Below are positions 1 to 9,213 of a DNA stretch of 64,000 nucleotides, one piece after another. Location of the stretch: the IMG/VR virus record IMGVR_UViG_3300019459_001231, positions 3,626-67,625 of that record; one strand, 5' to 3'. A program made the position numbers and the translations under genes. Below the pieces are notes generated by a model. The model was not told where the DNA came from, made no database searches, and saw only the letters and a list, made by a program, of their open reading frames with translations. Every line of letters starts with the position of its first letter. Position 1 is the stretch's first letter. The stretch comes from a virus. Lineage: Duplodnaviria > Caudoviricetes.

Positions 1-170
1 ATTGCATCTTGTTCAACCTGCGCAAGTCTTTCGTGTAGTGCTTCTGGGAAGTTTTCTTTAACAATGTCAAACACATCTAATGCTTCCCACAGTGCATCTT
101 GCTCTTGTTTCATTCGTTCTCGTTCTTGTTCACTTTTAATAATAATGTGCTTTAGATGTTTGGGTTCCAT
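1..170 (-). CDS. hypothetical protein, 3' end runs off the window
   Basis: Manual translation MEPKHLKHIIIKSEQERERMKQEQDALWEALDVFDIVKENFPEALHERLAQVEQDA...; ATG at 168-170; divergent from csgF. Confidence 0.6.
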   Translation of the reverse strand, partial: MEPKHLKHIIIKSEQERERMKQEQDALWEALDVFDIVKENFPEALHERLAQVEQDA

Positions 171-218
171 GCTTTCCTCGATAAATAGTTGTATAAAATA
201 CGCATTTTTTTACCTATT

Positions 219-250
219 GGTGTAAAAATATTTACACCTATTTATAAATA
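219..250. promoter_or_regulatory. bidirectional late-type promoter (palindrome TATTTATAAATA, 239-250) next to an 8-bp inverted repeat GGTGTAAA-N4-TTTACACC (219-238)
   Basis: TATAAATA reads on both strands, between divergent genes. Confidence 0.6.
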
Positions 251-260
251 ACAGCGGAGA

Positions 261-731
261 GTGACTATGAAAAAATTGTTATACGCCATATGTGCCTTTT
301 TTATACTGGTGCCTGCGTGTGCAGTAGCTGAATTAACTTGGGGCTTTAAAAGTCCTGCGTTTCACTACGGCAATGGTTACAGTACACATGTACTTAGCGT
401 AGAACAATTACAGTTTAATCGACAAGAAGACCTCCGTAAAGAAGCAGAAGCTGAAGCTGATAGAATAGAACGTGAGTTGGATAATAGTGTATTAAACAAA
501 TTTATACGCAATTTAGAATCACGTATCTATGCTACATTATCAAAACAAATGGTGGACAATATGTTTGCTGAATGTGGAGATACATGTAGTAATACAGGTA
601 CAGCAGAAGTAGAAGGGAATACTATTACGTGGAGCAAAGATCCAACATCAGGCGATATTACATTGATTGTAGATGGTCCAGATGGCTACACAGAAATAAC
701 TATTCCAGGTGCGGGAGACTTTAACTTTTGA
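261..731 (+). CDS. csgF: curli assembly protein CsgF-like
   Basis: Signal peptide, ELTWGFKSPAF N-terminus, FIRNLESRIYATLSKQMVDNMF segment; directly upstream of csgG. Confidence 0.8.
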   Translation: MTMKKLLYAICAFFILVPACAVAELTWGFKSPAFHYGNGYSTHVLSVEQLQFNRQEDLRKEAEAEADRIERELDNSVLNKFIRNLESRIYATLSKQMVDNMFAECGDTCSNTGTAEVEGNTITWSKDPTSGDITLIVDGPDGYTEITIPGAGDFNF

Positions 732-1546
732 TTAGAAAATTAGCAATATTACTCACTTTTATTGCTTTATCTGGATGCTCCGGCTACAACGCAGCCAAGA
801 GTATTAAAGATAATGCAGGACCTGCTAGACTACAAAGTAGTCCGGAACAGATTCGGCTGGATGCTGTGCCTGAACTGGATGGTAAAAAGATAACTATCGC
901 TGTTTACAATTTTATGGATAAAACCGGACAACGTAAACCCAGTGATAGATTAGCAAACTTGAGTAGTGCAGTAACGCAAGGCAGTGAAGTATGGGTAATA
1001 AAAGCACTACAAGATGTAGGTGGTGCAAGTTGGTTTGATGTAGTTGAAAGAGTTGGTTTAGATAACTTGGTCAAGGAACGTCAATTGATACGTAACACCA
1101 GAGAAGTGTATGAAAAAGAAAAATCAACTGGTCCTACTCCGCTCAAGCCTATGTTGTTTGCAGGCTTATTACTAGAAGGCGGTATTGTTGGATACGACAG
1201 TAACGTTGCAATGGGAGGTGCAGGAGCACGTTACCTTGGAATAGGAATGCAGGACGAATATAGAATAGATACAGTGACCGTAGTAATTAGATTAGTAAGT
1301 GTTAGCACAGGTAGAGTAATGTTAAGTGTTGCCACAGAAAAAACTATTGCTAGTTATAGATCAGGTACAGACGTGTTTAAATTTTTAGACCTCGGTACCA
1401 AGATTGTTGAAAGTGAAATTGGTTGGAGTGTCAATGAACCAGTGAACTATGCAGTGAGAGCTGCAATAGAAGCAGGGGTGGTTGAAATGATCTATGAAGG
1501 CGAGAGAAAAAATTATTGGAAATTCAAACAGTTTGGACAACAATAG
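728..1546 (+). CDS. csgG: curli secretion channel lipoprotein CsgG
   Basis: Lipobox LSGC; IAVYNFMDKTGQRKP, SSAVTQG, WFDVVERVGLDNLVKERQLIR, EGGIVGYDSN motifs. Confidence 0.9.
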   Translation: MIRKLAILLTFIALSGCSGYNAAKSIKDNAGPARLQSSPEQIRLDAVPELDGKKITIAVYNFMDKTGQRKPSDRLANLSSAVTQGSEVWVIKALQDVGGASWFDVVERVGLDNLVKERQLIRNTREVYEKEKSTGPTPLKPMLFAGLLLEGGIVGYDSNVAMGGAGARYLGIGMQDEYRIDTVTVVIRLVSVSTGRVMLSVATEKTIASYRSGTDVFKFLDLGTKIVESEIGWSVNEPVNYAVRAAIEAGVVEMIYEGERKNYWKFKQFGQQ

Positions 1547-1573
1547 TTTAACCAAATAGAGAGTGAACACAAT

Positions 1574-2284
1574 ATGAAAAATTTTATTTTAAGCAGTCTA
1601 CTTATTTTGTTAGTTACACCTGCATTAGCGAATGAGATTTATATAACCCAAGTTGGTGATAGTTTAGATTTAGATATTACACAAGATGGATCTGGCAACG
1701 ATTTTGGTGATAGCACAACAGATGTCGTACTAAATGGAGATGACATGACTTTTGCTATTACACAAACAGGCAACAACAACGACATAGCAGCAGTTATTAA
1801 AGGTGCTACTTACACAGGTACATGGGTATTTACTGGAAATACCAACACTGTTGATTTAAAGTGTAGTAGTGCAAGTGTAGGTAACTGTGAAACTGTAACA
1901 CTAAACATAACTACAACAGGTGACGACAACACATATGATTTTGATATAGGTGAAACTGCTGATGCTGATTCAGCATCAATATCATTTACTGTCACAGGCG
2001 ATGATAATATTGTTAATGCCGCAGTAGATGGTGAAAGTGCTGCAATTACAGTAGTATCAAACAACAGTACTAGCTTGTCAACTAACAGTACAAATGGTGA
2101 TGCAGGAAACGAATTTACCTTTGATATAGACGGTGACGGAAGTACCAACGGACACACAGTTAACCTGACAGTAACCGGCGGTGGCGGTTTTTACGATATT
2201 ACACAAGGCGGTATAAACGACAACACAGTAGACGCAACGTTTACAGGCGATGATCAAGATGTCACTATTAGCCAAACTGACTAG
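1574..2284 (+). CDS. secreted curlin-like / beta-solenoid repeat protein A
   Basis: Signal peptide then ANEIYITQVGD; repeated Q/T-x-G-D/N-N-N motifs; rich in N, D, T, G. Confidence 0.7.
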   Translation: MKNFILSSLLILLVTPALANEIYITQVGDSLDLDITQDGSGNDFGDSTTDVVLNGDDMTFAITQTGNNNDIAAVIKGATYTGTWVFTGNTNTVDLKCSSASVGNCETVTLNITTTGDDNTYDFDIGETADADSASISFTVTGDDNIVNAAVDGESAAITVVSNNSTSLSTNSTNGDAGNEFTFDIDGDGSTNGHTVNLTVTGGGGFYDITQGGINDNTVDATFTGDDQDVTISQTD

Positions 2285-3395
2285 TATATTTTTATTACTG
2301 CCAACTATAGCACTAGCAAATGTTGATGCAGGTGCAATAGGTAAAATTCGTGGCAGTGGTGTATTAGAAAGAAACAATGAAGTAATCGACGGTGATACAG
2401 GTGTTGGCGTGATGAGCATGGACACGGCTGTCACTGCTCGAGGACAAATGCAGATTGACTTTATTGACGACACCCGTGTTGATATCACTGAACACAGCAG
2501 ATTACTAATCGACGAGTTTGTGTATGATCCAGCCAACGGCAAAGCGGCACTAGGACTACGTGCTACTATTGGTACTGTGAGATATGCCAGCGGGCAAATA
2601 GCAAAAAACTTCAAACAAAATGTCAAGATCAGAACACCTAGTGCAACTATTGGTGTGCGTGGTACAGATTTTGTAATGGTTGTTGACGAAGTGGGCGGCA
2701 GTATGATTACACTGTTACCTAGTTGTGACGAAGAGGGTATGTGCTACACAGGAGAGATTGAAGTAGAAACTGATGCAGGGTTTGTAATAATGAATCAAGC
2801 ATTTCAAACTACTATTACAAGCATAAGCAGTCAACCTCCTAGTAAGCCATTGGTACTAGACTTAGATGAAAAGATGATAAGTCAATTATTAATACTGAGA
2901 AAAAAGAAACCATATGACGAAGAAGAAGATGAAATAAGATTACAACGAAGAAAAATGTTTGATTTTTTAGGATTAGACTTCTTAGATTTTGATGCATTAG
3001 ACGTAGATGCACTCACTGACAGTATCGAAGGCATTTGGAAAACACAACTAGATGAAACAGACTACATGTTGGCAGATGTATTATATGACATGCTAGATCA
3101 ACTCAATGCTGCACTTATGGAAATTTTTAAAGACGAACTGCTTAAACAAAACCAAGCCTTTTTTACTGTGAAGAAGGAAGGACTAGATCTTAAATCTGGA
3201 ATATTTTATGAACTACAAGATGATACTCACTTAGTGAGGCGTGAAGACAATGCCGGAGATAACTTTTTTCAATTACGATTAAGTACACTGTACGGTTATG
3301 TATTAGATTTACAACAACAAGATTGGACAATTTATGAATATGATGTCGGGGTTGGTAACAACAACAGTATTACTATTACTCAGCGCACCTACTAG
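2250..3395 (+). CDS. secreted FecR-domain protein
   Basis: Signal peptide (probable start MSLLAK), FIDDTRVDITEHSRLLIDEFVYDP and IRTPSATIGVRGTDF FecR motifs, acidic C-terminal region. Confidence 0.8.
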   Translation: MIKMSLLAKLTSIFLLLPTIALANVDAGAIGKIRGSGVLERNNEVIDGDTGVGVMSMDTAVTARGQMQIDFIDDTRVDITEHSRLLIDEFVYDPANGKAALGLRATIGTVRYASGQIAKNFKQNVKIRTPSATIGVRGTDFVMVVDEVGGSMITLLPSCDEEGMCYTGEIEVETDAGFVIMNQAFQTTITSISSQPPSKPLVLDLDEKMISQLLILRKKKPYDEEEDEIRLQRRKMFDFLGLDFLDFDALDVDALTDSIEGIWKTQLDETDYMLADVLYDMLDQLNAALMEIFKDELLKQNQAFFTVKKEGLDLKSGIFYELQDDTHLVRREDNAGDNFFQLRLSTLYGYVLDLQQQDWTIYEYDVGVGNNNSITITQRTY

Positions 3396-4389
3396 TGCCA
3401 ATGAAATCTATCTCAATCAGATAGGTGACGATGTCACTGTGACTATTACTCAAGACGGCGAAAACAACAAAATTGGTGATTTGAATAACCTATCAAACAA
3501 AGGACTGCTAGGAAGTCTTGGTCCGTCTACATACACTTATACACAAACAGGCAACAACAATACCCTTGGATTTTACAATGCTGATGTAGGAGATAGTAGT
3601 AGCACTCTTACACAAACTGGCGATAATAATGCGGCTGTGATAGACTGCCACGGTGAAGACTGTACAATGAGCATTACACAACTAGGTGACAACAATGATG
3701 CTCACGCTGAAGCTGGTAGTAGTTACAGCGATGATGGCAATACAATAGTAATATACCAAAAAGGTGATTCCAACGAATCGTATGCTGAAGCCGACGGAGA
3801 CAGCAATGACTTAGACAGTTATCAGGAATCAGACAATAACTTTAGCCGTGTTGTAGTATCAGGAAATAACAATGCTGTCAATGCTTGGCAAGGCAAACAC
3901 GATGATAACACTGTAGACGGTGACGAAACTGGTGACCACGAAGTATACTGGACTGTTACAGGCAATAACAATATTCTAGACAGTTATCAAACTGATGAAA
4001 ACAGAGGTGGTGGAGGTGGCGCTGGACATCACATAGCAAATGTTGTAAATGGTGATAACAATGGTGTGACACATACACAAAGAGGTAAAGCAGGACACGA
4101 TGGCTTTATTGAAATACAAGGTGACAACAATGATGTTGAGTTATATCAACGTGGCAATGGCGGTCAACAATGGGCAGACATAGTGCTTACAGGTGATGGG
4201 CATACAGTTGATGCTAGTCAACGTGGAACTATGGGACATTCATTTGAAGTTGATCTCACAAACGGTGGCGGTGCTTATTCAGTGATCAGCAATCAGACTA
4301 CTAATAACACAACCACAAGCAAGACTTACAGCCTGACAGGTATTTGTACTAATGGTAATGGTTGTTCAGTAACTGTGAGTCAAAATTAA
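3334..4389 (+). CDS. secreted curlin-like repeat protein B
   Basis: ANEIYLNQIGD N-terminus shared with protein A; many Q-x-G-D-N-N-x-A-x-x-x-Q curlin-type repeats. Confidence 0.75.
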   Translation: MNMMSGLVTTTVLLLLSAPTSANEIYLNQIGDDVTVTITQDGENNKIGDLNNLSNKGLLGSLGPSTYTYTQTGNNNTLGFYNADVGDSSSTLTQTGDNNAAVIDCHGEDCTMSITQLGDNNDAHAEAGSSYSDDGNTIVIYQKGDSNESYAEADGDSNDLDSYQESDNNFSRVVVSGNNNAVNAWQGKHDDNTVDGDETGDHEVYWTVTGNNNILDSYQTDENRGGGGGAGHHIANVVNGDNNGVTHTQRGKAGHDGFIEIQGDNNDVELYQRGNGGQQWADIVLTGDGHTVDASQRGTMGHSFEVDLTNGGGAYSVISNQTTNNTTTSKTYSLTGICTNGNGCSVTVSQN

Positions 4390-4400
4390 TAAGTAATGTT

Positions 4401-6449
4401 ATGAAAGTTATTACACATTGGACATTGGCATTTGTAACAGTATTGTTGGTAACTGCATTTCACTACAGCAATAACTTTGTTGTAGAAACTGCACGACTCA
4501 AAAGTTTTGACCTCCTACAACAATACGATGAACCTATACAAAGCAGAGACATCGCTATTGTTGAAATAGATGAACATGCTATTGAAAAATATGGACAATG
4601 GCCCTGGAAGCGTGATGTTCTTGCAGATATAATATGGAAACTCAGAGAAGCAGGTGCTGGCATAATTGTGTTGCCCGTACTGTTTAGTGAATATGATAGA
4701 CTAGGCGGTGACCAAGAACTCTTGGAAGCAATCAATGGCAATGGTGTTGTTATTGCACAGAACGGAAGTTTCAGTGCTAATCGTAATGGTGTTCCTAGAG
4801 GTGTTGCTAAGATAGGTGACCCGCTTCCGTTCTTGTTTGAATGGCAAGGCATGCTAGGTCCAATAGCTGAGTTTGGCGAGTATGCAGATGGTGTTGGCGT
4901 ACTAAACACAGTACCAGAGATAGATGGTGTAGTAAGGCGTTTGCCTATGTTAATGCGTATAGGAGAAGATGTTTATCCTGCACTAGCAATTGAAGTTATA
5001 CGTGTTGCTGTTGGAGAACCCAGCTATCAAGTTAAATCAAATGCAGGCGGCATTGACAAAATGCGTGTACCTGGATATCCTATTATACAAACAGATCCTA
5101 ACGCAAGAATATGGTTGCGCTGGAATAAACAGTTCGAGACTATCAGTGCCGCAGAAGAAGAACATTTTTATATGCTGGCAGGTAAAACTGTTATTATTGG
5201 ACCAAGTGCAGATGGTATTAGCGGTATAATTGCAAGTCCAAAAGGCGGACAATACAACTATATGCCTGCGGCTGTATCGTTACAAAATATTATGGATGGA
5301 GACACAATATCTCGTCCGTATTGGGCATTTATTTTAGAATTAGCCACTACATTTAGTATTGGATTCTTGATCGTTATACTTGGACGCTATTCGCCCTATT
5401 GGCTTGCAGGAATCAGCCTAATTGGATTTGCTGGTGGTATTGTATATGGTGTTTGGTATGCATGGACCAATTACTTGTATCTAATAGATGGCACTATGCC
5501 AATAGTTGCAGTAGTACTGGTTGGCTTACATGCAGTGTTTACAAGATTTGTATTAGAGTTCTTTGAAAAGCAAAAGATCAAAAAACAATTTGCTGGATAT
5601 GCATCACCTACAGTTGTGCGTATGTTACAAGAGAATCCTGCACTTATAAAAGACGGTATGAAGAAAGAAGTTAGCATATGCTTCAGTGACTTACGTGGCT
5701 TTACACCACTAGGAGAAAGTTTTGGTGACGATGTAAAAGGGCTAACAAAGATTATGAATGGCTACATGGATGCCATTACACAACCTGTTCTGGACATGGA
5801 CGGAATGATAATCAAGTATATTGGAGATGCTAGTATGCATGTACACAATGCACCTATAGATGATCCTAATCATCCACGCACCGCTGTGCAGTGTGGTCTA
5901 GACATGCTCAAAGCAGTGGAGAAGTTCAATGATAAAATCACCAGTGAAGGTAGGCCACCTGTTGGTATGGGTGCTGGTATCAATACTGGGCTTGGCTATT
6001 TGGGAGAGATGGGAAGTACACAAAGACACAGTTACGATGTACTTGGAGACTCGGTCAGTACAGCCGCTCGTATTGAAAGCAAGTGTAAAGAATACGGATG
6101 TGTATTACTTGTTGGAGATGCGACATACCAACAAACCAAAGACGACTTCTTCTACCTCAAAGTAGATGACCTTGCTGTAAAAGGAAAAACTGTTGGTATT
6201 GGTATTTGGACTGTGTTGGATGATACAATTCCAGCATGGGCAGCGGCACAACGTAAACATCAACAAATGCACGAAGACTACCAAGCACAACGTTTTGACG
6301 ATGCTATTGCCAAGTGTCGTTTATTGCATGATCACTTTGATCACAAGATGGAAGGCTATTACGACATGTGGATAGAACGCTGTGAATATATGAAAACACA
6401 GGATCTACCCTCTGATTGGAATGGAGTTTTTATTGCAACTACGAAGTAA
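4401..6449 (+). CDS. CHASE2-domain class III adenylate cyclase
   Basis: N-terminal TM, CHASE2 (IDEHAIEKYGQWPWKRD, DGVVRRLP), 3 TM helices, cyclase motifs FSDLRGFT, IKYIGDA, GINTG, YDVLGDSVSTAARIE; ORF track starts at 4362, likely ATG at 4401. Confidence 0.92.
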   Translation: MKVITHWTLAFVTVLLVTAFHYSNNFVVETARLKSFDLLQQYDEPIQSRDIAIVEIDEHAIEKYGQWPWKRDVLADIIWKLREAGAGIIVLPVLFSEYDRLGGDQELLEAINGNGVVIAQNGSFSANRNGVPRGVAKIGDPLPFLFEWQGMLGPIAEFGEYADGVGVLNTVPEIDGVVRRLPMLMRIGEDVYPALAIEVIRVAVGEPSYQVKSNAGGIDKMRVPGYPIIQTDPNARIWLRWNKQFETISAAEEEHFYMLAGKTVIIGPSADGISGIIASPKGGQYNYMPAAVSLQNIMDGDTISRPYWAFILELATTFSIGFLIVILGRYSPYWLAGISLIGFAGGIVYGVWYAWTNYLYLIDGTMPIVAVVLVGLHAVFTRFVLEFFEKQKIKKQFAGYASPTVVRMLQENPALIKDGMKKEVSICFSDLRGFTPLGESFGDDVKGLTKIMNGYMDAITQPVLDMDGMIIKYIGDASMHVHNAPIDDPNHPRTAVQCGLDMLKAVEKFNDKITSEGRPPVGMGAGINTGLGYLGEMGSTQRHSYDVLGDSVSTAARIESKCKEYGCVLLVGDATYQQTKDDFFYLKVDDLAVKGKTVGIGIWTVLDDTIPAWAAAQRKHQQMHEDYQAQRFDDAIAKCRLLHDHFDHKMEGYYDMWIERCEYMKTQDLPSDWNGVFIATTK

Positions 6450-6621
6450 GTTTTTCTACTAGTTGCTTGAGCAAATATTCTCTACCTTCTAGAAATTTCC
6501 TAATAGGCTTGTTTGCTTCATACTGGTTAGTGTGTAGTGGTGCATCAGATACACCCTCTACCATTGGATAATCTGCTGGTAATTGCTCAGCTACCTTTAT
6601 TCCTTCTAATATTTTTGTCAT
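6439..6621 (-). CDS. hypothetical protein
   Basis: Short ORF continuing the minus-strand gene chain and overlapping the upstream gene. Confidence 0.4.
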   Translation of the reverse strand: MTKILEGIKVAEQLPADYPMVEGVSDAPLHTNQYEANKPIRKFLEGREYLLKQLVEKLTS

Positions 6622-6922
6622 TGTCTCTCACTTTCTGGTTTTCGATATCGTCTAAATCGATGTCCATTTTTCTGCCTGTCATCTTTTCATATTCTTCTTT
6701 AAATTCTAATACGCTGTTTAACTTTTGTGTTAGACGTATCATATCGTTATCTAACATTCTTATTCTGTCCACTAGGTCTATTAGATCACCCATGGCCGCA
6801 CCTATCACAGGTTTAACCTTTGTTGTTGCCCATACCCAAATATAATATATGAAATATCCAAGTCCTACTGCCGCAACAATAGGAAATCCATACTGGTTAA
6901 CCCAGTCAGCAAACTGACTCAT
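6587..6922 (-). CDS. small membrane protein (YvrJ/holin-like), paralog 1
   Basis: YGFPIVAAVGLGYFIYYIW TM segment followed by coiled coil LVDRIRMLDNDMIRL. Confidence 0.65.
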   Translation of the reverse strand: MSQFADWVNQYGFPIVAAVGLGYFIYYIWVWATTKVKPVIGAAMGDLIDLVDRIRMLDNDMIRLTQKLNSVLEFKEEYEKMTGRKMDIDLDDIENQKVRDNDKNIRRNKGS

Positions 6923-7143
6923 TAACTTTCCTGATCAGATGCTCTTGCAGCTTCGTCTTCTGGATTACATCTAATAAGCCAACCGCTTTCGTTAACAATA
7001 AAACGATCTCCTGGTTTATACAACCAATTATCTTTACTGCTACCGTCTGCTAATTTTCCCATAACTTCGCCTTCCCAGTCGCCTTTAACTGTAAAGCCTT
7101 TACCGCCAGGCAAGCTGTCGATTGTATAGTCTACCCACATCAT
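6922..7143 (-). CDS. hypothetical protein
   Basis: Abuts the neighbouring gene; RBS-like GGAGAG upstream. Confidence 0.6.
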   Translation of the reverse strand: MMWVDYTIDSLPGGKGFTVKGDWEGEVMGKLADGSSKDNWLYKPGDRFIVNESGWLIRCNPEDEAARASDQES

Positions 7144-7154
7144 AATTTCTCTCC

Positions 7155-7436
7155 TCAGTCTTTACGTGCGTCATCTTTACCCTCGTTGGCGGCAATACGA
7201 TCAACATTGGGTCTCACTCCTAATGCATGACTCATAAGTGCATCAATTTTAACAAGATCATTGTTCATTGTTTGTACACGATTGTCCAAACTTTTAATGA
7301 TACCTGCCAGTGTTTGTACACTTCCTGTAACACCGTCGAGAATAAATTTTATTGTGAGGAAAACTAGGTAGCCAGCAGCACCAGCTGCCGCGATTGGAAA
7401 ACCAACATCTGCAATCAATTTGAATGCATCGCCCAT
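7155..7436 (-). CDS. small membrane protein (YvrJ/holin-like), paralog 2
   Basis: VGFPIAAAGAAGYLVF TM segment followed by LDNRVQTMNNDLVKI; aligns with 6587-6922. Confidence 0.65.
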   Translation of the reverse strand: MGDAFKLIADVGFPIAAAGAAGYLVFLTIKFILDGVTGSVQTLAGIIKSLDNRVQTMNNDLVKIDALMSHALGVRPNVDRIAANEGKDDARKD

Positions 7437-7518
7437 TAAAGTACTCCTCTGTCTGCGCTAGTATTTAGCGTAAACAGAGTATTTTATAGGTTGTTACCGA
7501 GCAGGCGGTATGTTTGTA

Positions 7519-8301
7519 CTAGGAACTTATATCTAATAACTTCCAAACATCTACATATTTGTCCATGATGTATTGTGGCTTTGCATCAGTAAGTAAACAT
7601 TCATCACCAGCATTCATATCTATTGCTTCAATAAGTTTGTTGTAAATAATTTCATGGTCAGGATTGCTAAGATGTCCATTCCTTTGATCTCTGTATTGTT
7701 GCTTTGCATTATATTTTGGATCATTTTCACTAAACCACATTAGACTTGGATACATTGTTACACCACTTGCAAATCTATGATAGAGATATTGATTTTGTAT
7801 AAGTTGTGTGTCTCCTGTTGCAAACTCAACACCAGCACTGAAACTATGAAAATGTATTATTTTTTTATGGGAAAAGTCTCTGCACAATACTTTGTCAAAC
7901 CATTGGAGCACTCCAGCAAGTTTCATATCTTCATATTGATGTATGTAAAAATTAGAATGGTACTCATGTGCTGATTCATATACTTTTTTGAACTCGGGTT
8001 TCTGTCTAGCCACCTCATGCTGAGCACTAAAAAAATTTATATCCTCAACAATTTTATGAAAAAGTCTACTAGGTTGACTCCAAGCAAAAATTAATAGGTC
8101 ATATGTTTTTGATTCTTTGTTGCTTTGCCACTTGTAAAAGTTTGCAATAGCATTCAGAGGCCCACTACCGCCTTGAGAATATTTGTTGTATACTGTGCAA
8201 TTTTTTCTCATTTCCAAACGTTGTAGCCAATGTTCTCCTTTTAAAGGATCAGGTCCTGAGTATGATAAAAAGCTATCACCAAACACAGCTACCTTCTTCA
8301 T
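7519..8301 (-). CDS. SGNH/GDSL-hydrolase-like protein
   Basis: N-terminal VAVFGDSF block I and C-terminal RNGHLS His motif. Confidence 0.5.
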   Translation of the reverse strand: MKKVAVFGDSFLSYSGPDPLKGEHWLQRLEMRKNCTVYNKYSQGGSGPLNAIANFYKWQSNKESKTYDLLIFAWSQPSRLFHKIVEDINFFSAQHEVARQKPEFKKVYESAHEYHSNFYIHQYEDMKLAGVLQWFDKVLCRDFSHKKIIHFHSFSAGVEFATGDTQLIQNQYLYHRFASGVTMYPSLMWFSENDPKYNAKQQYRDQRNGHLSNPDHEIIYNKLIEAIDMNAGDECLLTDAKPQYIMDKYVDVWKLLDISS

Positions 8302-9212
8302 AGATTCATTAGCTCTATTAGTGTAGCTGAAAGATTTATTTCAGGATCAGCAACTTGTGTGTGCTTGACCATACTGTTTCTGATAACAATGATTGCTTCA
8401 TCTTGTTTGTCCTCTGTGTTACCAAAGAACTCTACATTACGATATAACCAACGATACATCTCTTCATATTCGTCAGTTCTACAGTTTGCAATAATAAGTT
8501 TGCGAGCTTCACGCACTTGTCCTGCTTTAAACAAGTCAACCATTTTGATGCGCCAGCCTGTGTCTTGATCACTTTGTTCCGCTTGCTTTAATTCGCCATC
8601 TACAACTGCCATTTGCACATTGTTAATAGTCTTACGCAAGTCTGGATATGTTGCACGAACAAAACTGTCCAGTGTGTCCAGTTCAAACTTGACACCGTTT
8701 TCAATCAATATCTCTGCAACTCGTGCAGTGAATTCATTTGTGTCTAAACTGGTAATATGAAAGCCTTGACATCTGCTGTGCAGTGCCGGAATAATCTTAT
8801 TGGGATAGTTACATGTGAGAATAAAACGCACACTTTGATGATATTGTTCCATTACACCACGCAGTGCCGCTTGTCCTTCTGCACTGATATAATCAGCCTC
8901 ATCAAGCAAGATAACTTTGTAATCACCCCAAGGCATAGTTTCACTAAAGTTTGTGATCTTACGTCTAATAAGATCAACACCATTGTCACGACTTGCGTTG
9001 ATTAGAAGTACATCAGCTTCTTGTACACCCAAGTCATTGATAAGAACTTTTGCAAGTGTTGTTTTGCCTGTGCCAGCACTACCACTAAACAACAAGTGTG
9101 GAATGCCACCATCAGTGACCCATGTTTTTACTTGATGTTTTTGTGCTTCGTCTTTAAACACATATTCACTTACTGTCTTAGGTCGATACTTTTCTACCCA
9201 AATGTCTTTCAT
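8298..9212 (-). CDS. sliding clamp loader AAA+ subunit (T4 gp44/RFC small-like)
   Basis: WVEKYRPK, GSAGTGKTT, NASRDNG, ILLDEAD, ALHSRC motifs. Confidence 0.95.
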   Translation of the reverse strand: MKDIWVEKYRPKTVSEYVFKDEAQKHQVKTWVTDGGIPHLLFSGSAGTGKTTLAKVLINDLGVQEADVLLINASRDNGVDLIRRKITNFSETMPWGDYKVILLDEADYISAEGQAALRGVMEQYHQSVRFILTCNYPNKIIPALHSRCQGFHITSLDTNEFTARVAEILIENGVKFELDTLDSFVRATYPDLRKTINNVQMAVVDGELKQAEQSDQDTGWRIKMVDLFKAGQVREARKLIIANCRTDEYEEMYRWLYRNVEFFGNTEDKQDEAIIVIRNSMVKHTQVADPEINLSATLIELMNL

Positions 9213-9213
9213 T

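Noticed and set aside
2078-2626. Minus-strand ORFs inside the curli operon (also 1810-2157 and 4463-4909)
   Set aside because: Antisense shadows of recognisable plus-strand genes
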